Shown here piece after piece: positions 19,644 to 30,284 of a stretch of DNA of 64,000 nucleotides (position 1 is the stretch's first letter; the number at the start of each line of letters is the position of its first letter). The translations under genes and the position numbers were made by a program. Under the pieces are notes generated by a model. The model worked only from the letters and a program-made list of their open reading frames with translations, ran no database searches and had not been told where the DNA came from. The DNA lies in contig CAYLQG010000001.1 of NCBI GenBank assembly GCA_964385705.1, forward strand, positions 831-64,830. The letters are read 5' to 3'. Source of the stretch: an uncultured Gammaproteobacteria bacterium (GTDB lineage: Bacteria > Patescibacteriota > Microgenomatia > UBA10105 > UBA927).

Positions 19644-20912
19644 TTACGCATTTATAGCGTCCTTTAGTTCTATCGCGGCTTTTGAAGTTGCGTGATCGTG
19701 AGACTCGAATCCGAACATTTCAACAACCGACCCCGTATACGTTGCTCCATTTTTGAGGGGAATTCCTTCATGGATTCCGGCCGTCCGAATTTCCGTTTTC
19801 AGTTTTGCTAGTAATTCTTTCGTACGGTTCAAACTCAATCCGCCGGGCTTAACAATATCGGTGATTAACTGATTTCCGGCGTATAAAGGCTGCGAGGGCG
19901 CTACCGGATTCACGATGCGTTCCCTATGTTGACGAAGCCAGGGCAAATCCTGCACCACGGGTATATTTTTTGCCTCCAGGAGGTGCCTGATCTGTGGAGT
20001 TGGGTAAAGTAGCGAATTCATGACGAGAAGATCAGGTGGCAATAGTCTGTCGGGCAATATTTGGCACCCCAAACCCAAATATGGAAGGAGCGGTGAATAC
20101 CGGACGGACATCCCGCCATCAAACGGAGACAGAACGTCAAGGTCGACGCTGTATGTAACATTCGTTATATGCCGCTCTGCCAAGATTTGTACTACTTGAT
20201 GGAGGGAGGCGTCTATATCCTCCGGCCTTATGTCACGGTTCATCACGATATTTCTCGGTAATTCTTTACTCTGCCCGCTTGTGAGAAACCAATCAATCAC
20301 CTTGGGGTCTACCCCGATAAACACCGGCGTATCAATGAGCCCATATTTTCCCAAATGCCAATAGAAATTCGCGGAAGTTATCGGAAGCTTGGCGGCCACA
20401 GAATCAATATGCCGGTCAAAAACAATTTCAGCGATCGCGGGGCTGTCTTCCGCTGACTCTTCGTGGAGAGCCGCGTGTGTAAGGAGCTGATTGTAATGCA
20501 ATGTGCCCATTATAACGGTCTTTCCTGCCGCCCGATTAAGATGCTGGCGCATACGAGTAACATACGTTGCACTATTGAGGAGCCCGGAATAATCATCTAA
20601 AACGAGTTCCGGAACATTTTTTGTGATATTGTTTTTCACTTCCGTCCACTGATCTGTATTTCGGAGGAACGGCTCGTAATCATGGATTTCATCCTCGGAC
20701 AAGATCGCCAATAATTCCCGTTGATGCGGTGCGAGTTCAGAACTATCCCACTCTGTAAGTAAACGGTCGCGGTTTTCCCAAAATAATTCCTGATCAAATA
20801 GGCCCCAAATAATCGGAAGGTGCGGAAGTTCCAAGATTGCGATGTCCGGCATCATGATCGTGGTGCTCTTTTCTCCCCGTAGAACTTCTTTTGAATGATC
20901 TTCAGGCATCAT
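19644..20912 (-). CDS. hypothetical protein (422 aa); weak arginase/ureohydrolase-fold-like motifs (FDRHID, SVDLDVLSP)
   Basis: DxHxD and SxDxD-like motifs occur in arginase-family order. The GGDHS motif is not conserved. Confidence 0.4.
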   Translation of the reverse strand: MMPEDHSKEVLRGEKSTTIMMPDIAILELPHLPIIWGLFDQELFWENRDRLLTEWDSSELAPHQRELLAILSEDEIHDYEPFLRNTDQWTEVKNNITKNVPELVLDDYSGLLNSATYVTRMRQHLNRAAGKTVIMGTLHYNQLLTHAALHEESAEDSPAIAEIVFDRHIDSVAAKLPITSANFYWHLGKYGLIDTPVFIGVDPKVIDWFLTSGQSKELPRNIVMNRDIRPEDIDASLHQVVQILAERHITNVTYSVDLDVLSPFDGGMSVRYSPLLPYLGLGCQILPDRLLPPDLLVMNSLLYPTPQIRHLLEAKNIPVVQDLPWLRQHRERIVNPVAPSQPLYAGNQLITDIVKPGGLSLNRTKELLAKLKTEIRTAGIHEGIPLKNGATYTGSVVEMFGFESHDHATSKAAIELKDAINA

Positions 20913-21020
20913 ACAGTTTTATGACCGGAATTGTGAATCCGGGCGGTAAAACGGTAGTATACCAGGATAAAACTGGTATGTAAATATTATAGGATAATTA
21001 TGGGTAACTGAACGCTCAGA

Positions 21021-21455
21021 TTACTTCCAAACTGACAGGAGTGATCCCATGAGTAAGAGCGACACCAGATAATAGCCGCTGTTCATAAACCACAGCTTCC
21101 AGCTTTTTCCGTCCCAAAGGACCGTACCAAGTGAAACGGGAGCGACAAATCCGAGCCAGTTAAAGAATCCTCCGGTCAGACCCACCGAAAGACCAGATGT
21201 CTGCATAAAATTACCGGAAAAAACAAGTTCGTTGGCAAGTACGTAGGCCATAAGGAGGGACCCAACGAACATGAGCCCGTACGACTTTGCCATCCCCTGC
21301 TTCATCGCGTCACTCATTTTCGTTGACTTAAACCCCATTTCCTTCATCCAGGGCTTGCCGAATAACGGCCCGTACCAGAGAGATCCCACGATCATGCTGA
21401 CCACCGCAGCTGCAAAAACAGCGAGATAATTTATCGGAATCGTCACATTTCCCAT
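21021..21455 (-). CDS. DUF1761-like small membrane protein
   Basis: LWYGPLFGKPW motif and hydrophobic segments. Confidence 0.5.
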   Translation of the reverse strand: MGNVTIPINYLAVFAAAVVSMIVGSLWYGPLFGKPWMKEMGFKSTKMSDAMKQGMAKSYGLMFVGSLLMAYVLANELVFSGNFMQTSGLSVGLTGGFFNWLGFVAPVSLGTVLWDGKSWKLWFMNSGYYLVSLLLMGSLLSVWK

Positions 21456-21536
21456 ATAGTTCCTTTCTTTAACAAATAAGTACTAACTATAGTGTAGATA
21501 ATTGTAAGATATATTACAAATCAAATCCCAAAACAA

Positions 21537-22094
21537 TTATTTTATGCCGGATATTTGTGCAAGAAGTTGGGGAAACGTTGTATATCCGCTTTCTGCGTTA
21601 AGGTGCCCGGCATGAGGAATAAAGGTTAATCGTACCCCCAGATTTTTTGAAAGCTGTTGCCCGTTTTCTAAACACACATACGGATCATTATCGGAATGAT
21701 AGACGAAAAAATTGTGCGCATTGGATTTGATTTTCTGCCAGTCAAAATCAAACCCGCCACTGAATGCAGTATCCTCGTCATAAAATTTAATGGGTTTTAT
21801 CCCGATCGGCGCTCCGACGAAAAATGCCGCATTAACGGGTTTCTCTACCCGCTCGAGAATTCGGAGTAAAAACAGACCTCCTTTACTGTGACCGACAAAA
21901 ATAGTGTTTTCATCGATAAACTTCCGGTATCCGTCAAAAACGCCCAGCCACGCTGATAATGATTCTCCGTCAGGGGTCGGAAAGGTCGGAACGAACACCC
22001 GGCAATCCGGTGATTCCAGTTGTTCTTTAAGCCAGGGGAACCAATTACCTTTCGGATTACTTGCCGTTCCGTGGAATATGAAAACAGTACGCAT
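21537..22094 (-). CDS. alpha/beta-fold serine hydrolase, RBBP9/YdeN-like (GHSKG)
   Basis: 185 aa; GxSxG nucleophile elbow and an HAGH motif near the C-terminus. Confidence 0.6.
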   Translation of the reverse strand: MRTVFIFHGTASNPKGNWFPWLKEQLESPDCRVFVPTFPTPDGESLSAWLGVFDGYRKFIDENTIFVGHSKGGLFLLRILERVEKPVNAAFFVGAPIGIKPIKFYDEDTAFSGGFDFDWQKIKSNAHNFFVYHSDNDPYVCLENGQQLSKNLGVRLTFIPHAGHLNAESGYTTFPQLLAQISGIK

Positions 22095-22110
22095 ATACCT
22101 ATATTATATG

Positions 22111-24129
22111 TTATTTATGAAGTATTCCGCCCCATTCAACGGCCGTGAAGCCTATCCGTTTTGGAGTTTTATAGAATTCCGATCCCAGCGAATCAACGGC
22201 GATCGGCCGTGTTAGTCTCGTGTACTCCATAAGCACCCGGATCTCCGTGTCGGGTACGGGATTGATGTGGAGGGGCGCGACCCGGTTAAGAGCGTTCGTA
22301 TCATAAAATGATATGAGGTAATACGGGCTCCCGGTGACTTTCGGCTCCCAATAATTCTCAAAATCCTTCCGTTCTTTTTCATTGAGTCCGAACTTGGTGA
22401 GCGCCGATACGAAATAGGTGTGAATATCCCTTTGTGTAACGACGTTGGAAATAGCGGGCTGGTTGGGCGCAGGTGCGTTCCCCTCCCAATAGAGTGATGA
22501 GTAATACCTGTCTTTTATTGATGAGTAGATACTCCCGTCAGGGTATGCAGTCACTGTCCATCCGTCGCCATATGGAGGCTCTGACTCTTTGAGAGTAATA
22601 GTTTTATCAAGCCCGACTGTTACCCGGGTCGGTTGCGTTGGATATAAGTAGATAAGCGGTTCGGCCCAGCATTTCGTTAATACGAGTTCGCTTCTGAAAA
22701 TCATCCGGTAAACACCAAGTTTATTTTTCCAGACAAGAATCGGTTTCAACTTCAGATAATCGTCATATGACAAATTAAATGTTCCCGGGATGGAGACTTT
22801 ATATAACCAAAATTCCTGAAAGATTTTAAAATCCTTGGCATTTATGTCGTATAACGTATCGCCCTTGTCTGTCGTTGCAACGGCCGTCAGATTATTGTGA
22901 ACGTCCAGGAATTCACTGTCAGAGGATATCCCATCAATGAGCATCGTCCCCCAGCATCCGTCATAATCCGTCGTATAACTTACCCCCTTGAGCGTCATCA
23001 TACTGCCGGATGGAGTTGAAACGGGCGGCGGAAGCAGTGCCGGCGGGTCACCGGTTGTCCACGTAATCTGTGCCGCGTCACTAAACGGCGAATACGCCTC
23101 AGGGTTGGGATCTTTTTTATAGATAAACCCGTCGTTATACGGATCGCCATTCACATCCCCCGCAAGCCCGGTTGGCAGGCGCATCGTAAAGGTAGTATTG
23201 AGGATAGTTTTCAATTTTATCGGATTATTATGAATATCTTCATTGGAATAGAGTGCGTACCCGTTGGCGAAATCCTTTATAAGGAAGAGCGTCGAAGGAG
23301 AAAACATATTATTCGTCCTCGTTACGAAAATTTTGAGTCCTGTTTGTGTATCGTCGAATTCACTCTTTGATCCCACAACATCAAGGGAAAGATCTTTATC
23401 AAACGATATGCCTGCTTTTGGATTCGGTTGAAACGTGTCTATAGTACAGTTGTCGCGACAGACAAATCCCGAATTTCCATAATCATTCGGCAAAACAAAC
23501 GTATTATCACCGGTTTTAATAAACAGAGCAAGCGTACTGTAGTCGTGTGCAAAATCTTTTTCCGTCCCGATGCCTTTGAACACATGTGTGGTTAAGAGTC
23601 CACGGACAATCGCAAGATACACAGGAGCACCGGCATATTTTGTCTTCATGGTGCCGACCCGATAATACGTCGCCTTGGGCTCATATGTGTCCGTCGTGTG
23701 GAGCATGTTCGTACAATTCGAACCGCTCTGACAATAATCTACGTTGTACGGATAAAAGGAATCTAGTTGCGCAAAAAAGCCGACACTTGCAACCGGTTGC
23801 GGCGCCGGTAGCCAATCAACTAACCCGGTTTGTATCGCAATAGGTGTCGGAGTTGAAGTCGGAGTCGCCTGGGGCGTTGCAAGCCCCTGATATGTACCGG
23901 GCATTTTTATCACGTCAGGTTTGCTTTTCCCGGACTGCGATTCATATCGGTATCCTAATACCCCGATACCGCCCATAATTAAAGCAAGAATGATGACAAG
24001 GACAACCGTCATTTTGTTTGATTCCGGGCGAGGTGACGGCGGGACAGAAGGGGTGGTTGGTTTGGCCGGAGGAGGAGCCACGGGAGGCACGGGCGTGACG
24101 GTTTTGGGTGGATTTATATCATTCTCCAT
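22111..24129 (-). CDS. single-pass membrane protein with Pro-rich N-terminus and large extracytoplasmic domain
   Basis: PPVAPPPAKPTTPSVPPSPRP is followed by one TM helix and then about 600 aa. Confidence 0.5.
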   Translation of the reverse strand: MENDINPPKTVTPVPPVAPPPAKPTTPSVPPSPRPESNKMTVVLVIILALIMGGIGVLGYRYESQSGKSKPDVIKMPGTYQGLATPQATPTSTPTPIAIQTGLVDWLPAPQPVASVGFFAQLDSFYPYNVDYCQSGSNCTNMLHTTDTYEPKATYYRVGTMKTKYAGAPVYLAIVRGLLTTHVFKGIGTEKDFAHDYSTLALFIKTGDNTFVLPNDYGNSGFVCRDNCTIDTFQPNPKAGISFDKDLSLDVVGSKSEFDDTQTGLKIFVTRTNNMFSPSTLFLIKDFANGYALYSNEDIHNNPIKLKTILNTTFTMRLPTGLAGDVNGDPYNDGFIYKKDPNPEAYSPFSDAAQITWTTGDPPALLPPPVSTPSGSMMTLKGVSYTTDYDGCWGTMLIDGISSDSEFLDVHNNLTAVATTDKGDTLYDINAKDFKIFQEFWLYKVSIPGTFNLSYDDYLKLKPILVWKNKLGVYRMIFRSELVLTKCWAEPLIYLYPTQPTRVTVGLDKTITLKESEPPYGDGWTVTAYPDGSIYSSIKDRYYSSLYWEGNAPAPNQPAISNVVTQRDIHTYFVSALTKFGLNEKERKDFENYWEPKVTGSPYYLISFYDTNALNRVAPLHINPVPDTEIRVLMEYTRLTRPIAVDSLGSEFYKTPKRIGFTAVEWGGILHK

Positions 24130-24282
24130 ATAATTTCTTATCTTCAGTATGACATATCGGAAGAAATTTAATATGTGATATGTATCACCAATGCCATGCT
24201 TGTATTCTTATCATCCTACGCACGAAAAATGCATTGAAGAGCACCTCCACTTCTCTGCAATATCACTTTAATTACTTCTTCG

Positions 24283-24891
24283 CTAATTTCTCATAAACAC
24301 AAAAAACGGATATCCGAAGTCATTGCGATCACGGAAAAAAGATATACCCTGTTCTTCCGCAGATTTTGTAACGCCGGCAAGGGCCTCCTCTGAATATTTA
24401 CTCCACACAGCGGGGGCAAATATAAAAAATCCGCCCTTGGCGAGTAGTTTAAGCACGGCCGCGCCTTCATATTCTAATGTATCGCTGGTGTCGAGCGACC
24501 CCACGGCCAGAAGTAAATCAAAACTCCGCTCAGGGTAGTGAGTATTTCCTGCATTGGCTATTCTAATTTTATGACGCGGAAGGAACCGGTGATCCCCGAC
24601 TGGCGGATGATAGATAAGTGTGACTCCCTGCATGTGAACACTGGGATAATTATCCGCGATTCCGGCTGCTGCTCTCCCTGTCCCGCAACCCACGTCGAGC
24701 CCTTTGACGACTGATTTTTGTTCTACAAGCGAAAGAATGATCGGTTCAAGGACCGGAATCATCATTTTGTAAGCGATAAATGACCGGTCGGCGTTTTCCT
24801 TATAGGCCCCGGACTGAATTTCCCCGCGTGAGACCTCTCTATCACTTATAAGTCGTGACACGTGAGCAGATTGGTCAAAGTCTCTCATCAT
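24283..24891 (-). CDS. class I SAM-dependent methyltransferase
   Basis: Motif I LDVGCGTGRAA. Confidence 0.7.
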   Translation of the reverse strand: MMRDFDQSAHVSRLISDREVSRGEIQSGAYKENADRSFIAYKMMIPVLEPIILSLVEQKSVVKGLDVGCGTGRAAAGIADNYPSVHMQGVTLIYHPPVGDHRFLPRHKIRIANAGNTHYPERSFDLLLAVGSLDTSDTLEYEGAAVLKLLAKGGFFIFAPAVWSKYSEEALAGVTKSAEEQGISFFRDRNDFGYPFFVFMRN

Positions 24892-24981
24892 CCCGATATA
24901 ATACTATAAGTTATAATAGAAAACAATTCCCATACCCTGAGATTCTGAGAAATCCAAGAATGTTGATACACCTGGGAAAAT

Positions 24982-25404
24982 CTACTCTGTCACTTCGGAT
25001 ATGTCTGAGGGTCCCGGACCATGAGACACCATAACGCGGGCTAAAAACTGACCTTGTGCATCCTCAGGAAGAGCAAGATAATTTTGTAATTGGCCAATCA
25101 TCTCCAATCGCAGTGCTTTTGCCGTTACGTTTATTCTATCTAGCTCAGTGATCTGCGGGTGATACACAGGTGTTACTCCGAGCGCTTCAGCTGCCTGTTC
25201 ATCGCCTAACGTTGTTGCCATAACAAATTGTGTTGCGTTTTCTCCGTCAGGACCCGTTAAATTAGCAAGAATTTTTCTGACGGAATCATCTCCATGAAAT
25301 CCAGGTGATGTGTGGGATTCGTAAATTGCATCTTCCACAAGAATTGTTGCGACTTTTCCGTCGTCTCGTATACTGTCCTGCTCCTGATCTTTTCGTTTTG
25401 GCAT
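24982..25404 (-). CDS. hypothetical protein (140 aa)
   Basis: ORF only. Confidence 0.4.
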   Translation of the reverse strand: MPKRKDQEQDSIRDDGKVATILVEDAIYESHTSPGFHGDDSVRKILANLTGPDGENATQFVMATTLGDEQAAEALGVTPVYHPQITELDRINVTAKALRLEMIGQLQNYLALPEDAQGQFLARVMVSHGPGPSDISEVTE

Positions 25405-25555
25405 AGTGTTGGCCCGTTCAGATAAATTGTGACTATTGACCGCTATTATAAGCTAAATCACAGGCAAGTCAACTGTAAGACGAACCGAAAATTCTATACT
25501 TGCAATGAAATACCCTCCGCTACCAAAGGTTTCTCAAAAAGAAAACTATTAAGGA

Positions 25556-26350
25556 TTAACTTTTCGTTAAAAAGGAATCTACTGTCCCATTGAATACTTC
25601 CGGGTTATCCATGTTTGAGAGATGGCCCGCAGCGGGAATTGCGGCAAATTGACTGCCGGGAATTTTTTCGTGAATGAGACACGATTTCCGCTGAAAATCT
25701 TCAATATCATGCTCCCCCACCAGAACTAATGCCGGAACTTTTATACTTGACAAGTTTTCGACTGCCGGAGGCGCTATGTCGACTGGCTGATTGATGCCAT
25801 ACCAGCGGTACCCGCTTGTTACGTCTACCATATTCTGAATTTGTTTCCAAACGTTCGGCATTTTTTTCGAAATATCGAAAATCGCGAGATCCAACCAGAT
25901 TTTTCTTGCCGCATCCAGATTCCCGCTTTTTGCAAGATCTGTGATCCGTTTGATACGTTTCATAAACGCGTCGCTAAACCCGTCACCGGAAATTCCGGCA
26001 TCCGCTAACACCAATGAGCGGACTATTTCCGGATGCGTTAATGCCAAATCAATGATGATGGCGGCTCCGAGTGATAACCCGACAAAGTGGGCTTTCGTGA
26101 CGGATAAAGATCCGAGTAATACATATAAATCTTCGGAGAACGAATATGGCTCATCGGCGGGAACGTCTGATTTCCCGAATCCGCGGATATCGTACCGTAT
26201 GACGGTATATTTTTTGGAAAAGTAAGCTAACTGCGAATCCCATTGTCTGGTATCAAGTGCGTCAGCATGGACGAAAACAATCGGTTCTCCCTGACCGACT
26301 TTTTCCCAGTAAATCTTTGATCCAGTGATAGGAGTAAAACCGCTTTGCAT
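25556..26350 (-). CDS. alpha/beta hydrolase fold protein
   Basis: GLSLG nucleophile elbow and typical abhydrolase_1 architecture. Confidence 0.7.
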   Translation of the reverse strand: MQSGFTPITGSKIYWEKVGQGEPIVFVHADALDTRQWDSQLAYFSKKYTVIRYDIRGFGKSDVPADEPYSFSEDLYVLLGSLSVTKAHFVGLSLGAAIIIDLALTHPEIVRSLVLADAGISGDGFSDAFMKRIKRITDLAKSGNLDAARKIWLDLAIFDISKKMPNVWKQIQNMVDVTSGYRWYGINQPVDIAPPAVENLSSIKVPALVLVGEHDIEDFQRKSCLIHEKIPGSQFAAIPAAGHLSNMDNPEVFNGTVDSFLTKS

Positions 26351-26376
26351 TGGAAATATATTATCACAATTTTCTC

Positions 26377-27240
26377 CTACCCCATCTGTAGACTAATAAT
26401 TCCCAGAATCATGAGGATGATGCCCGCGTATTGGAGCGGGCGGAGGCGTTCGCGAAGCCACACGCGGGCGATAAGGATGGTGACGAGAGATGCGCAGGAA
26501 ACGATCACAGATACATACGAAACCGCGTAGTGGATAACGGTAAAGTTATAGACGCTTAACCCGACGAAATCCACAATCCCTATTCCCAAAATTAATTTCC
26601 AGGGAAGTTTTCCCCAAGCGAATAACGCCTTCGTTTGTTTGGAGGCGAGCACTGATATTCCTGCGTACGCTGTAACCGCAATCCGTAAGAATAACGATGT
26701 ATAGAACCAGCCGTTGACGCGCGATTCTGGCGCCATAAAAAATAACTGGAGACCCACGGCTGCGGATGATCCGAGCGCAAGGAGCGCGCCTTTTGAAAAT
26801 CCCGGAATTTTACTATGCAGGAACTTCGACCAGTTGAGGGACAGGAGGAGTCCGCCCGCAAAAACCAACACGATGCTTATGAATTTCGCGGGCGTCGCAG
26901 CTTCGTGAAGTATTATCATGCCAAGTACGCTTGTGATAACAAAATCAACGCGCGACAGCGGGCCGACAACAGAGATGTCGGTGATCTGCGCCGCTTTAAA
27001 ATACAGAAGCCATGAAAACACTGGGAGAATCCCGATAAGAAACAGAGGGATGATCGTGACAACATGCGGCATCGGGATAAACGGCAGGAATAAGAATGAA
27101 ATAAGAAGTCCCGCCACCTGCGAAGCAAAAAATCCAACCGTGGCGGGAGTCTTGCGGGCGATGAGTCCGCCAAAAACATCCATCATCCCCCACATAATCA
27201 TCGGAACAAAAGAGAGGGAAAGAGGGATGAGGATGTTCAT
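26377..27240 (-). CDS. EamA/DMT-family transporter (10 TM)
   Basis: Two repeated 5-TM halves. Confidence 0.65.
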   Translation of the reverse strand: MNILIPLSLSFVPMIMWGMMDVFGGLIARKTPATVGFFASQVAGLLISFLFLPFIPMPHVVTIIPLFLIGILPVFSWLLYFKAAQITDISVVGPLSRVDFVITSVLGMIILHEAATPAKFISIVLVFAGGLLLSLNWSKFLHSKIPGFSKGALLALGSSAAVGLQLFFMAPESRVNGWFYTSLFLRIAVTAYAGISVLASKQTKALFAWGKLPWKLILGIGIVDFVGLSVYNFTVIHYAVSYVSVIVSCASLVTILIARVWLRERLRPLQYAGIILMILGIISLQMG

Positions 27241-27274
27241 CCGTTTATTATCTCACACGAAGTGAAATTGGCTA

Positions 27275-27889
27275 TTATTTTTTCGCCACAATACAAATGC
27301 CGTTTTGAGGGCCGAATTTCTTTTTATACACATCAACTTCCCTAAATCCTGCTGATGTAAGAGCTCTCTTTATTTCATCACCGGAATATTCACGAAAAAC
27401 TTTCGTCGAAGACATTACGGGTGAAACGAAATAAATGGCGACCAGAGCGCCGTCTGCAGCAAGCCGGAATAGTTTGGAACAAACACTAGCGAGGTCATCC
27501 CAAAAATAAACCACGTGGACGGCAATTAGTTTCTGGAAGCGTATATCTGTTATGGGAAAATCTTCGATAGCGCCATGAAATAATTTCACCCGCCCGATAC
27601 GGATTTCTGTTTCTAATAATTGTGAAGCTGTATCGTACATAGTTTTTGAGGGATCAATGCCGTAGACCAGTCCTTTCGTCACTTTATCGGATAATTTCGT
27701 GAGGGTTTTTCCTGTACCGAATCCGATTTCAAGAACGGTATCGGTTGACCGTAGGTTTATTAGCGACAGAACCCAGTCGTTCTGGGTATCGTTCATTTGG
27801 TCCATTTTCCGTCCGACAAATTTTCCTAAGGATCCTTTGGGATGTTTATATTGCGGCGAGAGAATACGGAACAGAAGTTTCGACAGCAT
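27275..27889 (-). CDS. class I SAM-dependent methyltransferase
   Basis: Motif I LEIGFGTGKT. Confidence 0.7.
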   Translation of the reverse strand: MLSKLLFRILSPQYKHPKGSLGKFVGRKMDQMNDTQNDWVLSLINLRSTDTVLEIGFGTGKTLTKLSDKVTKGLVYGIDPSKTMYDTASQLLETEIRIGRVKLFHGAIEDFPITDIRFQKLIAVHVVYFWDDLASVCSKLFRLAADGALVAIYFVSPVMSSTKVFREYSGDEIKRALTSAGFREVDVYKKKFGPQNGICIVAKK

Positions 27890-27901
27890 AAAGCAACTTC
27901 A

Positions 27902-28381
27902 TTATACCATCGCGGTATGGATAGATATTGCCCAGGAGGCAGCGCGAAGAAGCTCTCCGTCTTTGAGCGGGCCTTCTTTGCCCATAACGATGAAGCCGGC
28001 AGGAGGGATGATAAGATTTCCACCTTTGGACACAAGGAGATTGGCGATTTTCGGGGCAGCAAAGCCGATGACACCCATAAGGAGTTTAAGGAATAAATTG
28101 ACGTCTTTGGCCTCAAACCGCGTATCAAATGAGGCAACTTTTACTCTGTTAAGGCTATGAAGCGGGATAAAATCGAGAAATGTCTGGAGTGCCTGCGTCG
28201 GCCTCCCTCCATGCGTAGGTGAGCCGACGATAAGGAGATCGGGTTTGGTAACATCGGCATGTTTCGCCTTACCGACCTCCAACAACCTGACTTTATCCGG
28301 TTTCCCAAACGTACCGGCAATTGCTTCTGCCACCTTTTTCGTATTCCCGAACCGGGAATCATAAAGGATAACGATGTTCAT
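27902..28381 (-). CDS. flavodoxin-like protein
   Basis: Start trimmed to MNIVILYDSRFGNTKKVAE...LLIVGSPTHGG. Confidence 0.65.
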   Translation of the reverse strand: MNIVILYDSRFGNTKKVAEAIAGTFGKPDKVRLLEVGKAKHADVTKPDLLIVGSPTHGGRPTQALQTFLDFIPLHSLNRVKVASFDTRFEAKDVNLFLKLLMGVIGFAAPKIANLLVSKGGNLIIPPAGFIVMGKEGPLKDGELLRAASWAISIHTAMV

Positions 28382-28509
28382 TAAACGAAATGTACCATGA
28401 TTTATGCTTAGCTGCTGTAACGTACAGTACAACAAAAAAAATATCACTAATTATCCCTTTCTGGCGCCATTTGCTATAATATACTATCCTGTAGTAATAC
28501 AGACTATAT

Positions 28510-29298
28510 ATGAACGAAACCAGGCGTTTTACCAATAACGAGATCCAATATATGCCTCATCCACAAGTACGGCATTTCCTGCGTCTGGATGGATATAAAG
28601 ATCGTTTCGAAAATAGGATTTTTCCGGCAGAAAAACATGGAATTCTCACGCCCGGATATTATGACAGAGAAGGACGTCAAACCCAGGCGGCCATTTTAAT
28701 CTCGCCGGATGGAGATCGCTTTATAAAGCGAAACCCGGGAATACTGCATTCCATCGAAAAAGGATTGAAAGAAATTGTTAAAGGAGCAGATGACGTCGAA
28801 CTTGACAGGGGAAGAAAAATGTCAAGGTTGACCGGCGTTTTCAGCGTGCAATCTCTTCTGTCAACACTTTCTATAAATAACGATAAATACTTCATCAAAA
28901 TTCATGCACCCTCCCTCCCACCGAGGGATAACCTATCACAGCCATTCATTAATGAAATGCTAGAGGTGCAGGCAATTCAAACGGATTTGCGTGAGGCATT
29001 AACCAAAATCAGTATAACATTTCCTACCTATTATTTTGCTTCCGGACAAGTTCTCTGCCGTGGTTACGAAAACGGATTAGCACCATCACCAACGGAAGAT
29101 ATTTTAAAACGCATATTTAATTTGAGTCGGGTCGTGAACTACTACATCGGCGATGAAGATACGGATAAGAAGTCACTTTGGCACAATATTGAGCTTGATC
29201 TTCTCGACGGATTTCTTATGAACGCTATTCGATGTGAAAACTTTATCGAACGGTCAGATGGTTTACTTTCGTGGATCGACCCGTTTTTACATTCATGA
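28510..29298 (+). CDS. hypothetical protein (262 aa)
   Basis: ORF only. Confidence 0.45.
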   Translation: MNETRRFTNNEIQYMPHPQVRHFLRLDGYKDRFENRIFPAEKHGILTPGYYDREGRQTQAAILISPDGDRFIKRNPGILHSIEKGLKEIVKGADDVELDRGRKMSRLTGVFSVQSLLSTLSINNDKYFIKIHAPSLPPRDNLSQPFINEMLEVQAIQTDLREALTKISITFPTYYFASGQVLCRGYENGLAPSPTEDILKRIFNLSRVVNYYIGDEDTDKKSLWHNIELDLLDGFLMNAIRCENFIERSDGLLSWIDPFLHS

Positions 29299-29311
29299 AG
29301 CGTGATTAATT
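29291..29311. repeat. 21-nt direct repeat copy 1 (ATTCATGAAGCGTGATTAATT)
   Basis: Matches 30285-30305 at 20 of 21 positions. Confidence 0.8.
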
Positions 29312-29330
29312 TAACTTTTTCCACTTCCCT

Positions 29331-30194
29331 TTACGGTAAAGAGAGATCACCTTCGGGTAACGATTCAGAATTTGCGGTTATATTCCGTAACTCCTCATAA
29401 ATATTCGTTTGTTTAGGAAATGACCATGTATCCCCGCGGTGAGTAAACATAAGATAACCCGGATCTTCTTTTACACTTGGCTTATCTAAATTCCAAGAAT
29501 GCTGAGACCACGCTATCGCATTAGTCGAAACATGATATATACCATCTACACCCGGTGAATCAGGAAGTATCATGATTCTTTGTTGATCTTCCAATGTCAC
29601 CGTACCGTCATCCGTGATAGTACTGTATGCGACGGAGACTTTTCTTTGATCACGAAGTCTCTCTTCGATACGAAGCGGAGTATCGGGTTGTCCGATATGA
29701 AAATTATCTGAAAATGTTGTCACCTCCCGAGCGTGAGAGAAATCACCCTGAGCATCGTTGTAATATCGTACAATCCTCACCGTATGAAATTCTCTTCCGG
29801 TCGGACCCGTTAATACATCGAAATTAAAAGATCCGTCATTTGTCGGCACTTGAATCTTTGGATGAAGACCGAGACCACAATTAATTTCATAATGCGGATG
29901 GACTTGGTGCGGTCGTGCGGGTAGTTCGATAAAAAATGAAGAACCCCGTACGAACCGACTTATGGCCGGATCAAGTCCGTTTGTGTCAATCGGACTTTGG
30001 CCATTCTTACCTCTCCGTTGATACATTTCTTCCAGAATACTCCCTTTAAATCCCAGAGCCCCTCCGATCTTTTCATCCAATCTCGCAAACAATGTGTAAG
30101 CAAGCCTGGCGACTTCCTGTTTATGAGGCTCTAAATCGTCAGACGGCTGAAAAAATTCCGGAATTGCTAAGGACCCTTGATCTGCATTATTCAT
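29331..30194 (-). CDS. hypothetical protein (287 aa)
   Basis: ORF only. Confidence 0.45.
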   Translation of the reverse strand: MNNADQGSLAIPEFFQPSDDLEPHKQEVARLAYTLFARLDEKIGGALGFKGSILEEMYQRRGKNGQSPIDTNGLDPAISRFVRGSSFFIELPARPHQVHPHYEINCGLGLHPKIQVPTNDGSFNFDVLTGPTGREFHTVRIVRYYNDAQGDFSHAREVTTFSDNFHIGQPDTPLRIEERLRDQRKVSVAYSTITDDGTVTLEDQQRIMILPDSPGVDGIYHVSTNAIAWSQHSWNLDKPSVKEDPGYLMFTHRGDTWSFPKQTNIYEELRNITANSESLPEGDLSLP

Positions 30195-30284
30195 GTATTC
30201 GTATTATAAACCATATTGTTTTCCAAATTCACTGGTTATAGTGTTCTTTCGGCTAAATGGTATGTCGCAAAGAATACAACGCAT

